The position numbers were made by a program, and so were the translations under genes. A stretch of 64,000 bases of DNA from Minisyncoccota bacterium (GTDB lineage: Bacteria; Patescibacteriota; Minisyncoccia; Moranbacterales; UBA1568): positions 97,764 through 161,763 of the forward strand of contig JBPPMJ010000003.1 of assembly GCA_051306005.1 (NCBI GenBank), given 5' to 3'. The stretch's first letter is position 1. Each line of letters starts with the position of its first letter. Below the pieces are notes generated by a model, which ran no database searches, had not been told where the DNA came from, and worked only from the letters and a program-made list of their open reading frames with translations. Shown here one piece after another: positions 39,428-48,988 of the stretch.

Positions 39428-40435
39428 ATGCAAAAAATTATTCTCCATGTCAGTGGCACTCATTGTAGTTCCTGTAAGATTCTAATTGAAGATATTTTGA
39501 ATGAACAGGAGGGGATAGAAAATACGCAGGTTGATTTGAAAAAAGAAACAGTTTCTTTTGAGATAAATCTTGCCGAGGACATTAATCAGTTGGCAGACAG
39601 ACTGAGTGAAAAAACAAAGCATAACGGGCACACTTTTTCTGTAGAGAAAAAAGAAGGGATTACCAAAGATGCTGGAGTTATTTGGCAAGCCTTACCCATT
39701 GGATTAGCCTTTCTCGCACTTTTCTTTATTCTACAAAAATCAGGTCTTCTCAATATTGGACTAGGCGGGAAAGTAACTTTACTCACGAGTTTTGCTATTG
39801 GTCTCATAGCTTCGGTTTCTACTTGTCTGGCTGTAGTAGGGGGATTAGTACTTTCACTTTCAGCTCAGCTGGCTGAAGATGATAAAAAGAACAAAAAGGT
39901 CTTTGTACTTTTCCATGCTTCACGAGTGATTTCATTTGCTCTCCTTGGTGGAGTGTTAGGAATGATTGGGAGTGCTATTGGAATCAGTTTTACTTTCGGA
40001 GCTATTCTGGGAATTCTTGCCTCTGTCGTGATGATAGGATTGGGACTTAGTTTAGTAGGAGTATTTGAAAAAAGTAATTTCACCTTACCAGCAGGTATTT
40101 TCAAAGTCTTCAGAAAAGTAGAGCATGGAGTATGGGCGCCAATCTTGGTTGGACTTGGAACCTTTTTCCTTCCTTGTGGCTTTACGCAGTCCATGCAGAT
40201 CCAAGCCTTAGCTTCGGAGTCATTCTTTGGTGGAGCAAGTATCATGTTGTTTTTTGCTTTAGGGACACTCCCGATGCTTGCGTTTCTTTCCTTTACCTCA
40301 GTTTCTTTTGCCAACTCTAAGTATGCCCCGCTCTTCTTTCGATCAGCGGGTATTGTGGTCATTGGACTGGGAGTCTTTGCTCTTCTGGCAGGACTGGCAG
40401 GGTTAGGAATTATTCAACCACTATTTAACGTATAA
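39428..40435 (+). CDS. HMA domain + DsbD_2/TauE-like membrane protein
   Basis: GTHCSSC, STCLAVVGG, FFLPCGF, FALGTLP. Confidence 0.88.
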   Translation: MQKIILHVSGTHCSSCKILIEDILNEQEGIENTQVDLKKETVSFEINLAEDINQLADRLSEKTKHNGHTFSVEKKEGITKDAGVIWQALPIGLAFLALFFILQKSGLLNIGLGGKVTLLTSFAIGLIASVSTCLAVVGGLVLSLSAQLAEDDKKNKKVFVLFHASRVISFALLGGVLGMIGSAIGISFTFGAILGILASVVMIGLGLSLVGVFEKSNFTLPAGIFKVFRKVEHGVWAPILVGLGTFFLPCGFTQSMQIQALASESFFGGASIMLFFALGTLPMLAFLSFTSVSFANSKYAPLFFRSAGIVVIGLGVFALLAGLAGLGIIQPLFNV

Positions 40436-40439
40436 ACAT

Positions 40440-40865
40440 ATGCAGAAAAACAAAGTCATCTCTATTGTTGGGAGTATCATCATTATTGGAGCAGCAAGCT
40501 ATGCTCTTATGGCAGATAAGACACCGTCGCAAGAGAGTTCTCAGAATGTTCAAATCAGTAGTTCTCAAAAGGATGTAAACAACGTGATAGTAAAAGACGG
40601 AGTGCAGTATGTGACTGTTCTGGCAAAGGGCGGTTATTCTCCAAAACTAACTACTATAAAAGCAGACATGCCAACGAAGCTTGTTATTAAAACAGAAGAT
40701 ACCTATGACTGTTCTTCATCTCTTGTCATTCGCTCACTGTCATTTCAGAAAGTTTTGAAAGCAACTGGCGAAGAAACTATTGATGTAGGAAAACTGGCAA
40801 CTGGTGAGAAACTTCAAGGAGTCTGCGGTATGGGGATGTATAATTTTCAAGTGGTTGCAAGCTAA
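40440..40865 (+). CDS. Cupredoxin-domain protein
   Basis: GGYSP, YDCSS, CGMGMY. Confidence 0.85.
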   Translation: MQKNKVISIVGSIIIIGAASYALMADKTPSQESSQNVQISSSQKDVNNVIVKDGVQYVTVLAKGGYSPKLTTIKADMPTKLVIKTEDTYDCSSSLVIRSLSFQKVLKATGEETIDVGKLATGEKLQGVCGMGMYNFQVVAS

Positions 40866-40882
40866 GATTATCTAGAGAATAT

Positions 40883-41422
40883 ATGAAGTACATCCTCTCT
40901 CTTTCATTTGTCATCATTTTTCTCGGAGCCTCTGTACTTACAGGGTATCTTTTGTGGCAGAATTATAAGGCTTCTCCTGAGCCAGTAGTGGTACAGGAAG
41001 CAGTTAAGGAGCCTCCTCAAGAAATGGCTCAAGAAGAAGAAAAACCAGAGGTTGTTCAAGATATATCCTCCGAGAAGAAAGTGCCCGAAAAGCAGTCTTC
41101 AGGAATGGAGAGTTTTCCAGCGCCGAGTACCGAAGTTAAAAATGGTCGTACAGAACGAACTATTCATATGGGAGTACGCCAGTGGGTTTGGGAGCCAAAT
41201 GTCATTCGAGCTAAACAAGGAGAGCTGGTGAGGCTTATTATTCATAATGCCGATGTAAATCATCCTCTTTATATACCAGAGCTAGGCATAGAAGCAGAAG
41301 TACCTCCAGAGGGGGCAGTAGTTGAGTTTGAAGCTAAGAAGAAGGGAAGTTTTTTCTTTCTATGTGGAACCTACTGTGGAGAAGGACATGCTGAAATGCA
41401 GGGCACACTCATCATTGATTAG
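40883..41422 (+). CDS. Membrane-anchored CuA-type cupredoxin
   Basis: QWVW, DVNH and CGTYCGEGHAEM (CuA ligand spacing). Confidence 0.85.
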   Translation: MKYILSLSFVIIFLGASVLTGYLLWQNYKASPEPVVVQEAVKEPPQEMAQEEEKPEVVQDISSEKKVPEKQSSGMESFPAPSTEVKNGRTERTIHMGVRQWVWEPNVIRAKQGELVRLIIHNADVNHPLYIPELGIEAEVPPEGAVVEFEAKKKGSFFFLCGTYCGEGHAEMQGTLIID

Positions 41423-41472
41423 GAGTAATCAATGGAAGAAAGGACTTTAAAGCTTTATGGTATTATAAAGAC

Positions 41473-41889
41473 ATGAAATTGTGGAGCAAAAGAAACGCTA
41501 TTTTACTCGTAGCCACCCTTATTCTTTTTTCGGGATTTGGTATTTTTTCTCATACATCAACACCTAACGACTCAGAGTGCCTTTTTGCTGTTGCTGAATC
41601 CACCAATTGTAATACAGGCGAAAGTCAGCCACTGCATATCATAAAGCACTGTCTTAATTTTTTTGTTGGTGTGATGCAGACAAGCGAGGGGTTAGAGAAA
41701 TCTCTTCTGGTCTTTGTAGTATTGGCATATATATTTTTTAAGCCAGGAACACTGAAAGATCTATACTCTCCTGTAATGATGCGCATGAAGCACTATGCTT
41801 CTCAGCAAATAATTTTAGAACATCATCTTGTTAATAATCTTCGAAATCTTTCTTCTTGGTTAGCCTTTGCCTATAGCTACTCTCGTTAG
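41473..41889 (+). CDS. Hypothetical membrane protein (Cys/His-containing)
   Basis: ORF with signal/TM segments inside the operon. Confidence 0.55.
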   Translation: MKLWSKRNAILLVATLILFSGFGIFSHTSTPNDSECLFAVAESTNCNTGESQPLHIIKHCLNFFVGVMQTSEGLEKSLLVFVVLAYIFFKPGTLKDLYSPVMMRMKHYASQQIILEHHLVNNLRNLSSWLAFAYSYSR

Positions 41890-41979
41890 GAACCACTAGG
41901 ATGTTGTTTTGATAAACAATGTCATTTTATCGTGGAGCGTATATAAAACGGAGGGGTAAGTAGCTATGAGAAAAAGTAT

Positions 41980-42525
41980 ATGATGGTTTTTAGAGTGCTA
42001 GAGAGGGTCTTTCGAAAATGGGAATACATCGCAATAGCCACTGCTGTAAGTAGTGTAGCTTTTGCATTGGTGACATGGCTTCCTAATTTGAGATTGGTTC
42101 TCGAAAGCCTCTTCTCTGAAGGAACAATTGCAGAAAGGACGAAATTACCGATTATTTTTCTGGGTTCTATTGTGACCAATTTCACTCTTTTCTCAGCCAT
42201 CTATACGCTGTGCATCATAGTACTGCTTGGCATTAGCATTAGCCTTATGATCTTTTCATTTCGTCAGAGAGTTCCACAGTCAAAATCAAGTGGTGTTACC
42301 ACAAGTTTCTTTGGAACACTGAGTGGACTATTTGGTATCGGCTGCGCTGCTTGTGGTTCAGTAATCTTGACGCCACTTCTAGCAGCCTTAGGGGGAACGG
42401 CTTTTCTTGCCTTTCTTCCTCTAGAAGGTAGCGAGTTCGGAATAATAGGAGTAGCGCTTCTCTTGATCTCAATTTACGTAACGGCCAAAGAGATTGATCA
42501 GCCAGCTCCCTGCAAGATTGGGTAA
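41980..42525 (+). CDS. Membrane protein with GCAACG motif
   Basis: Four hydrophobic segments, intramembrane CxxC, C-terminal Cys. Confidence 0.75.
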   Translation: MMVFRVLERVFRKWEYIAIATAVSSVAFALVTWLPNLRLVLESLFSEGTIAERTKLPIIFLGSIVTNFTLFSAIYTLCIIVLLGISISLMIFSFRQRVPQSKSSGVTTSFFGTLSGLFGIGCAACGSVILTPLLAALGGTAFLAFLPLEGSEFGIIGVALLLISIYVTAKEIDQPAPCKIG

Positions 42526-42553
42526 AAAGTTTTATTCATTAACTGTTATACGT

Positions 42554-43324
42554 ATGGAAGAATTAGAAAAAACGAAGAAAGAAATGTACGATGAAGAGAA
42601 AAAAATGAAAGAAAAAGAAAACACACAGGAGGTAGGTAAGAAGCCATGGTATGGATCTAAGATATTTATAGGTGTTCTGTTTGTGGCGGGAATCTTTGCT
42701 GCATGGCAAATTCTTAGTTCTAAAGAAACAGAAGCACCTAAGAAGCCCTCTGGAGAGAAGGCTGTAGTGGCTCCAAACCCAATCCTAGCTGTTCAAGAGA
42801 ATGACTGGGTACGTGGTGACAAGGAGGCTCCAGTGACCATTGTTGAGTACCTGGATTTTGAATGTGAAGCTTGCGGAGCCTACTATCCAATAATAAAACA
42901 ATTGGAAAAAGAGTTTGAAGGTAAGCTTAAGGTAGTAACCCGATACTTCCCACTTCCAGGGCATAAGAACAGCATGGAGGCGGCACTAGCGGTAGAAGCT
43001 GCTGGGAGACAGGGGAAATTTTTCGAAATGCATGATCTCCTGTTTGAATCCCAGAAAGAATGGTCAGAAAAGCCACTCTCCAACCCTGATCTCTTTCTTC
43101 CGTATGCAGAGAAGCTTGGTCTTGATATGAACAAATTTAATCAGGATCGAAAAGAAGCTGCTGTTATAGCGAGAGTTGATAAGAATAAGAAGGAAGCAGA
43201 TCAACTGAAGCTGAACGGTACACCATCATTCTTCCTAAATGGTAGAGCTATTAAGAGTCCAAACACATTGGAAGATTTTCAATCTCTCATTCAGAAAGAA
43301 ATTGATGCGCTGCCTGTTAAGTAA
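42554..43324 (+). CDS. DsbA-family thiol-disulfide oxidoreductase
   Basis: VTIVEYLDFECEAC, YFPL, GTPSFFLNG. Confidence 0.92.
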   Translation: MEELEKTKKEMYDEEKKMKEKENTQEVGKKPWYGSKIFIGVLFVAGIFAAWQILSSKETEAPKKPSGEKAVVAPNPILAVQENDWVRGDKEAPVTIVEYLDFECEACGAYYPIIKQLEKEFEGKLKVVTRYFPLPGHKNSMEAALAVEAAGRQGKFFEMHDLLFESQKEWSEKPLSNPDLFLPYAEKLGLDMNKFNQDRKEAAVIARVDKNKKEADQLKLNGTPSFFLNGRAIKSPNTLEDFQSLIQKEIDALPVK

Positions 43325-43330
43325 AATAGT

Positions 43331-43924
43331 ATGACTCTTGAACTCTATTCCACACTTCTCACACTTGGTTCCATAGGAATATTCATTATTCTTTTAGGAG
43401 TTGGTATTGGCTATATTTTTTCTGTGAAAATTCGTCAGTGTATGCAGAGGATATCGTACGAGCAATATCTCATAGCCCTGGCTACTATTTCGATTGTCTC
43501 CATAGCGGGCTCCCTCATTTATCAGCTTGTATATATGACTCCTGTTTGTGAGCTTTGTTGGTGGCAGCGGATATTCTTGTACCCCGTGAGCGTGATAGCA
43601 ATAGTGGCCTTATGGTTTCGGACTCGTGAGAGTCACATCACTATTGCGATTCTCTCCGCTTTTGGATTATGGTATGCAAGTTATCACTACTATTTTCATT
43701 TTCAAGGCTACGTACTTGGAAATAAGCTCAGTATTCCATGTTCATACGGTGGACTGATGCCAGCTTGTACAAATTCACCAGTTTTAGTTTTTGGGTTCGC
43801 TACCATTCCTTTCATGGGTATCATGATATTTGGAAGTATGATTATACTTGCTGCTCTCGCTCATACGAAACTCGAAACGAGTTTGTGGGAAAAATTAATG
43901 AAAACTTTTAAATCTAATAGTTAA
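43331..43924 (+). CDS. DsbB/BdbC disulfide-bond formation protein
   Basis: PVCELCWWQRIFLYP, second Cys pair, FGFATIP. Confidence 0.9.
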   Translation: MTLELYSTLLTLGSIGIFIILLGVGIGYIFSVKIRQCMQRISYEQYLIALATISIVSIAGSLIYQLVYMTPVCELCWWQRIFLYPVSVIAIVALWFRTRESHITIAILSAFGLWYASYHYYFHFQGYVLGNKLSIPCSYGGLMPACTNSPVLVFGFATIPFMGIMIFGSMIILAALAHTKLETSLWEKLMKTFKSNS

Positions 43925-43928
43925 AAAT

Positions 43929-44621
43929 ATGGAAAATAAGACAACTACAGTGGAAACGAAAACAGATGAAGTTGAGACAACTGAAAAAATAGATGCGCAG
44001 GGAAAGAAGTATAAGAAAGAAGAAATAGTGCGACAGGCAAGAACGCTGCTTGCCAGCAAGAAGACCCTAGCATTGCTCATTATTCTTTTTTTGGCAGGAA
44101 CAATTTTCTACTTTAAGAATTATTTTGTAGTTGCGATGGTGGATGGAGAGCCTATTAGTCGTTTGAGTGTCATTGAACGACTGGAAAAGAGGAGTGGAAA
44201 AACTGTGCTTGATTCTATCATTACAGAAAAACTCATAGACAATGAGACAAAGCGGCAAGGAATTTCTGTCAGTGAAGACGACATAGACGCTGAAATCAAG
44301 ACTATTGAAGCGAGCGTCACAGCTCAAGGTGCTACCTTAGAAGATGCTCTAGATCAGCAGGGTATGACGATGGAAGACTTTAGAAAAAGCATTACGCTTC
44401 AAAAAAAGCTAGAGAAACTCCTTGGTGACAAAATTAAAGTGAGTGACGAAGAGATTACCAAATCATTAGGTGACCAAGCAGGAATACCAGCAGGTAAGGA
44501 GGAGGAGATTCGTCAGCAGGTTACTCAACAGTTAGAGAGTGAAAAGCTTAATCAAGAAGCAGGAAAGTATATAGAAGAACTTAGAACGAACGCTAAGATC
44601 CAGCTTTTTATGAACTACTAA
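43929..44621 (+). CDS. SurA N-terminal-domain chaperone-like protein
   Basis: AMVDGEPIS, LDSIITEKLI, ISVSEDDID; homologous to 60310-61074. Confidence 0.8.
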   Translation: MENKTTTVETKTDEVETTEKIDAQGKKYKKEEIVRQARTLLASKKTLALLIILFLAGTIFYFKNYFVVAMVDGEPISRLSVIERLEKRSGKTVLDSIITEKLIDNETKRQGISVSEDDIDAEIKTIEASVTAQGATLEDALDQQGMTMEDFRKSITLQKKLEKLLGDKIKVSDEEITKSLGDQAGIPAGKEEEIRQQVTQQLESEKLNQEAGKYIEELRTNAKIQLFMNY

Positions 44622-44642
44622 AAATAAATAATTAAAAATGTT

Positions 44643-45398
44643 ATGAGTATAATGCAAAAAAATCCATTTAGTCCCAACGCCATCATTATTTCAATCGCTA
44701 TTTTAGTGGGAGCGTTGTTTGTTTCCAGTGCGATTGTAGGGAGGGGAACTGTAGTTAACAGCGGAGATAGTAAGCTGGGAGCAGTGAAAGAAAATACTGT
44801 TCCTCCTACTGCACCGACTCCTCAAGAAGGGAAGGTTTCTATTGCTAACGACCCAGTACTAGGAAAGAAAGATGCACCTGTTACTATTGTGGAGTTTTCT
44901 GATTTTGAATGCCCATTCTGCAAGCGGGCATTTACAGAAGTATTACCACAATTGAAGAAAGAGTATATAGAGACAGGCAAAGTGAAACTTGTATATAAAG
45001 ATTTCCCACTTGATTTTCATGCAAACGCTCAAAAAGAAGCAGAAGCAGCTCAATGCGCCTTTGATCAGGGAGGAGATGCTATTTATTACCAGTATCACGA
45101 TAGTATCTTCACGCAGACTAAAGGGAATGGTACAGGGTTAGAATTAACTGAATTACCACTCATAGCTCAGAAGCTCGGACTGGATCAGGCTAAATTTCAG
45201 AAATGTCTTGATTCTGGCAAGAATGAGCAAGAAGTCAAAGATGATATGGCCGAAGGAGAAAAGGTTGGTGTTTCAGGGACTCCTTCATGGGTTATTGGAA
45301 AGTCTAATGGCGATAGTATTGAAGGTAAGTTGATTGTTGGGGCTCAGCCTTATGCCGCTCTGAAAGCAGTGATCGATAGTGCTCTGGAAGAGAAATAA
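44643..45398 (+). CDS. DsbA-family oxidoreductase
   Basis: VEFSDFECPFC, DFPL, VSGTP, GAQPY. Confidence 0.92.
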   Translation: MSIMQKNPFSPNAIIISIAILVGALFVSSAIVGRGTVVNSGDSKLGAVKENTVPPTAPTPQEGKVSIANDPVLGKKDAPVTIVEFSDFECPFCKRAFTEVLPQLKKEYIETGKVKLVYKDFPLDFHANAQKEAEAAQCAFDQGGDAIYYQYHDSIFTQTKGNGTGLELTELPLIAQKLGLDQAKFQKCLDSGKNEQEVKDDMAEGEKVGVSGTPSWVIGKSNGDSIEGKLIVGAQPYAALKAVIDSALEEK

Positions 45399-45423
45399 GA
45401 AAAGAAAGATTAAAAACATATAT

Positions 45424-47361
45424 ATGTCACAGGCCTGTTGCTCAACTGAAGAAAAAAAAGAAGGGACTCCCTCTCTTGAAAAGAAGGGATTATTTGAGTT
45501 GAAAAAAGTTCTGACTATTCTTTCTGGTTTGAGTACAGGTCTGGCATTTGTCTTAAGTTTTCTTTCTACCCCAGATTTACTGATCACTTTGCTCTATGTA
45601 TTTAGTATCTTGGCGGGAGGTATCTATGTCGTTAAGGGAGCACTCCGAGGTTTGATGAAGCAGCGGTTTCTTAATATAGACTTTCTCGTGGTCATCGCAT
45701 CCCTAGGGGCAATCTATATCAATCAACTGCCAGAAGCAGCCGCTGTCATCTTCTTTTTCTCCCTTTCTGAGGCGTTAGAGGAATTTGGCATAGCGAGGTC
45801 TCGTAAGGCTCTGCAAGCCCTTCTTCATTCTGCGCCTAAAACGACTACTCTTCTTGATGGCAGAGTGGTAGCGGTTACGGAAGTGTCTGTAGGGAATAAG
45901 ATCGCCGTCAGACCAGGAGAGCTCATTGCTCTTGATGGCAGGGTGACCAAGGGTAATTCTGCAGTGAATGAGGCGACTATCACGGGTGAACCTTTACCCA
46001 GAAATAAACAAGTTGGTGATGGAGTTTTTGCAGGGACACTCAATGAAAATGGTTACTTAGAAATTGAAGTAACCAAAGAGAGTAAAGATTCTACTTTTTC
46101 AAAGATTGTGCATTTAGTGGAACAGGCTCAGAAAGCAAAAGCTCCAAGTCAGGAATTCATCGATCGTTTTGCGAAGTTCTATACGCCGACAGTCGTTATA
46201 GTTGCTCTTTTAATAGCTATCTTCCCTCCTCTTTTATTGGGCGAATCATTTCTCATTTGGTTTACCAGAGCATTGGTATTACTAGTCATTGCTTGTCCTT
46301 GTGCCTTAGTTATTTCTACGCCCGTGGCGATTACTTCTGCCATTGGAGGCGCTTCTCGAAGGGGAGTCCTCATTAAAGGAGGTAAATACCTGGAGGAAAT
46401 GAAGAAAGTGAAAGTCATTGCCTTTGATAAAACGGGTACTCTCACTATGGGAGAGCCTTATATCTCTGATGTCATTCCCTTTAATGGATTTACTGAAAAA
46501 GAAATTATTGAGGATGCTGCTGGGATAGAGCAATTTTCTTCGCACCCTCTTTCAAAAAGCATTCTGGAATATGCGAAAGAAAAGGGAATACTTTCTCATT
46601 CAATGACGAATTATGAGAATGTCGCAGGCAAAGGAGGGAAAGCTGTATGCACGATTTGTAGCAATCAACAGCATTGCGTGGGGAATCTTAAGCTCATGGA
46701 TACTCATGGGGTTTCTACGCAAGAAATTACCGCACAAACAGAAAAATTAGAGAGAGAAGGAAAAACTATTGTACTCGTAAGTGTAAGCAACAGATTAATG
46801 GGAGTGATAGCTATATCTGACAAGGTAAGAGAGGAGTCTAAAGAAACCATTTTGAGGTTAAGTAATTTAGGAGTGAAATCTGTCATGCTGACAGGTGATA
46901 ATCAACACACTGCTTCTTATGTAGCTAAAGATCTCGGCATTACAGAAGCTTACGGTTCGCTTCTCCCAGAAGACAAAGTAGCAAAAATAGAAACTCTAAA
47001 AAAAGAGTATACCTCCGTAGCTATGATTGGCGATGGAGTAAATGATGCACCCTCGCTTGCATTGGCAAATGTTGGTATAGCGATGGCTTCCAAGGGATCA
47101 GATGTGGCAATTGAGACGGCTGACATTGCTCTTATGAACGAAAACTTGCTGAATGTCGCTGACATAGTAAGTTTGAGCAAAAGAACGGTGCGAACAATTA
47201 AACAGAATATAACGGGGGCAATCTTAGCCAAGGTAATTTTCATGGTTTTAGCGGTATTTGGGATTTCAAACCTCAGTATAGCTATTGCGGCTGATACGGG
47301 CATGGCTCTTTTAGTGATCTTGAATAGTTTAAGACTTTTTCGGTTTCAGAATTATGTATAA
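45424..47361 (+). CDS. Zn/Cd-type P1B-2 ATPase
   Basis: [24 protein letters not shown] Lys and ADTG; N-terminal CC. Confidence 0.9.
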   Translation: MSQACCSTEEKKEGTPSLEKKGLFELKKVLTILSGLSTGLAFVLSFLSTPDLLITLLYVFSILAGGIYVVKGALRGLMKQRFLNIDFLVVIASLGAIYINQLPEAAAVIFFFSLSEALEEFGIARSRKALQALLHSAPKTTTLLDGRVVAVTEVSVGNKIAVRPGELIALDGRVTKGNSAVNEATITGEPLPRNKQVGDGVFAGTLNENGYLEIEVTKESKDSTFSKIVHLVEQAQKAKAPSQEFIDRFAKFYTPTVVIVALLIAIFPPLLLGESFLIWFTRALVLLVIACPCALVISTPVAITSAIGGASRRGVLIKGGKYLEEMKKVKVIAFDKTGTLTMGEPYISDVIPFNGFTEKEIIEDAAGIEQFSSHPLSKSILEYAKEKGILSHSMTNYENVAGKGGKAVCTICSNQQHCVGNLKLMDTHGVSTQEITAQTEKLEREGKTIVLVSVSNRLMGVIAISDKVREESKETILRLSNLGVKSVMLTGDNQHTASYVAKDLGITEAYGSLLPEDKVAKIETLKKEYTSVAMIGDGVNDAPSLALANVGIAMASKGSDVAIETADIALMNENLLNVADIVSLSKRTVRTIKQNITGAILAKVIFMVLAVFGISNLSIAIAADTGMALLVILNSLRLFRFQNYV

Positions 47362-47377
47362 AAATGATACAGACAAA

Positions 47378-47518
47378 ATGAAGAGAGAAGATGATCTGGG
47401 AAGCCAGGATCAGGCAGAATATTCAGAGTTTCTGAGAGAGTGGAAGTATTCAGCTATCTGCATTGCGATTGGATTAGTAGTAATTATTGTGATTGGACTA
47501 CTCTTTCACGGAAGTTAG
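47378..47518 (+). CDS. Small membrane protein (46 aa), not in the ORF track
   Basis: MKREDDLGSQDQAEYSEFLREWKYSAICIAIGLVVIIVIGLLFHGS*; fills the operon gap. Confidence 0.5.
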   Translation: MKREDDLGSQDQAEYSEFLREWKYSAICIAIGLVVIIVIGLLFHGS

Positions 47519-47556
47519 TAGCAGTTGAGCCACTATGTAAGTTAAAAAAAGTGAAC

Positions 47557-48798
47557 ATGAAAAACAAAAAAATTCAAAAACCGATCTCTTTTAAACCGCT
47601 ATACCTGGGCATAGCTATCATGCTTTCGGCATCAAGTTTTGTATATGCAGAAAGCATAACAAACCTTAGTGCTAAAAATGAGGAAAAAGAGCTGGAAAAA
47701 ATTAATAAACAAATTGACGCATATCAAAAAATCCTGGAGTTAAAAGAAAAACAAGGAGACAATTTGGAAGGTCAAATTACCGGATTGCAGGCACAAACTG
47801 AATCATTGAGTTCGCAGATTAATCTGAACCAGGAGGAGCTTAATAGTTTGACTCAGGATATTGATCAATTACAATCTCGAATAAATGAAAAAAGCGTCCT
47901 CATAAACCAGCAGAAAAAAATCTTGTCTGAATTGCTCCGTACATATTATCAGGACTTTTCTCATAGTATTACTCCTGCCCTTTTAACTCAGGAAGAGACT
48001 ATTAACTACTTAAATAATGCGAATTGGAATACAGATGTTAGTCAAAAGGTCAGTGAGCTTCTAGATTCTGTTCAGGGTTTGCGTGATAGCTTAGCTTCAG
48101 AGCAGAAGACTTTGGACGAAAAGAAGCAATCAGTGGATGATTTGCAGGAACAACTCAATGCAAGGAATGAATACTTGCAATCGTCTCAAGCAAGTAAGGA
48201 GCGTTTGCTTGGTCAAGTGAGTGCTGAGCAGGAAAAATACGAAGATCAAATTGATGATCTTGAAAAACAAAAAGAAGACTTGGAGCAAGAAATTTCAGAT
48301 ATTGAATCTGGGAAGATTAACCAGCTTGTTGGTTTGCCAAAAGGGAATGGGCAGTTATCATACCCGTTAAAAGATTTTCGCCTTACTCAAGGCTATGGAA
48401 AGACGGGATTTTCAGGAAACTATACATCTGGGATGCATAATGGCTTCGACTTAGCAGCTCCAAAAGGTACTACTGTTATGGCTGCTGCTGATGGAAAAGT
48501 AGTCGGAACTGGTGATTTGGGTGCTTTTGCTTATGGCAAATGGGTAACCATCAATCATGACAATGGATTAGTTACCCTGTATGCTCATATGTCTAAAATT
48601 AGTGTCAGTCCTGGAAAGACGGTAAAGAAAGGAGACAAGATAGGCGAGGTGGGGAGTACGGGATTTTCAACAGGTAGTCATGTACATTTCACCGTCTATG
48701 CATCCAAATCGTATGAAATCGTAAACTTTACCTCCGCAAAGGGAAAGAAGGGTCCAGTAGGAGCAAGCGTGAACCCTGGAAAATTCTTAAAGAAATAA
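47557..48798 (+). CDS. Coiled-coil + M23 peptidase (EnvC-like architecture)
   Basis: Signal peptide, long coiled coil, HNGFD, LYAHM, GSTGFSTGSHVH. Confidence 0.9.
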   Translation: MKNKKIQKPISFKPLYLGIAIMLSASSFVYAESITNLSAKNEEKELEKINKQIDAYQKILELKEKQGDNLEGQITGLQAQTESLSSQINLNQEELNSLTQDIDQLQSRINEKSVLINQQKKILSELLRTYYQDFSHSITPALLTQEETINYLNNANWNTDVSQKVSELLDSVQGLRDSLASEQKTLDEKKQSVDDLQEQLNARNEYLQSSQASKERLLGQVSAEQEKYEDQIDDLEKQKEDLEQEISDIESGKINQLVGLPKGNGQLSYPLKDFRLTQGYGKTGFSGNYTSGMHNGFDLAAPKGTTVMAAADGKVVGTGDLGAFAYGKWVTINHDNGLVTLYAHMSKISVSPGKTVKKGDKIGEVGSTGFSTGSHVHFTVYASKSYEIVNFTSAKGKKGPVGASVNPGKFLKK

Positions 48799-48829
48799 AA
48801 TTAGGTATTACTAAACTACTGGTCTAGAA

Positions 48830-48988
48830 AAGAGACATGACTGTGTCTTATAAGACATACCCTGTATCGCGTCTCATTTGTCTCAAAAGCCTGACCCGAG
48901 AACCCTAATTTACTATACTGCCAGTACCTCTAAGAAACCCCTCAACAGCCCCATACTTACAAGGTCTAGACCCGACTAGCCCGCCAAA
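48830..48988 (-). repeat. Conserved element end (GAGACA array plus ~65-bp terminal motif)
   Basis: Reverse complement aligns with 61491-61670; shared gagacaaatgagac and gc.gttgaggg.tttcttag.ggt. Confidence 0.8.

Larger units (their letters stand above)
19263..48984. mobile_element. Integrative element: serine recombinase, terminase module, type III R-M, copper/Dsb cargo
   Basis: Starts at the tRNA-Ser 3' end; CCGC at 19259-19262 and 48981-48984; 14-bp repeat gacccgagaaccct near both ends; by eye more AT/AG-rich than the backbone. Confidence 0.85.
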
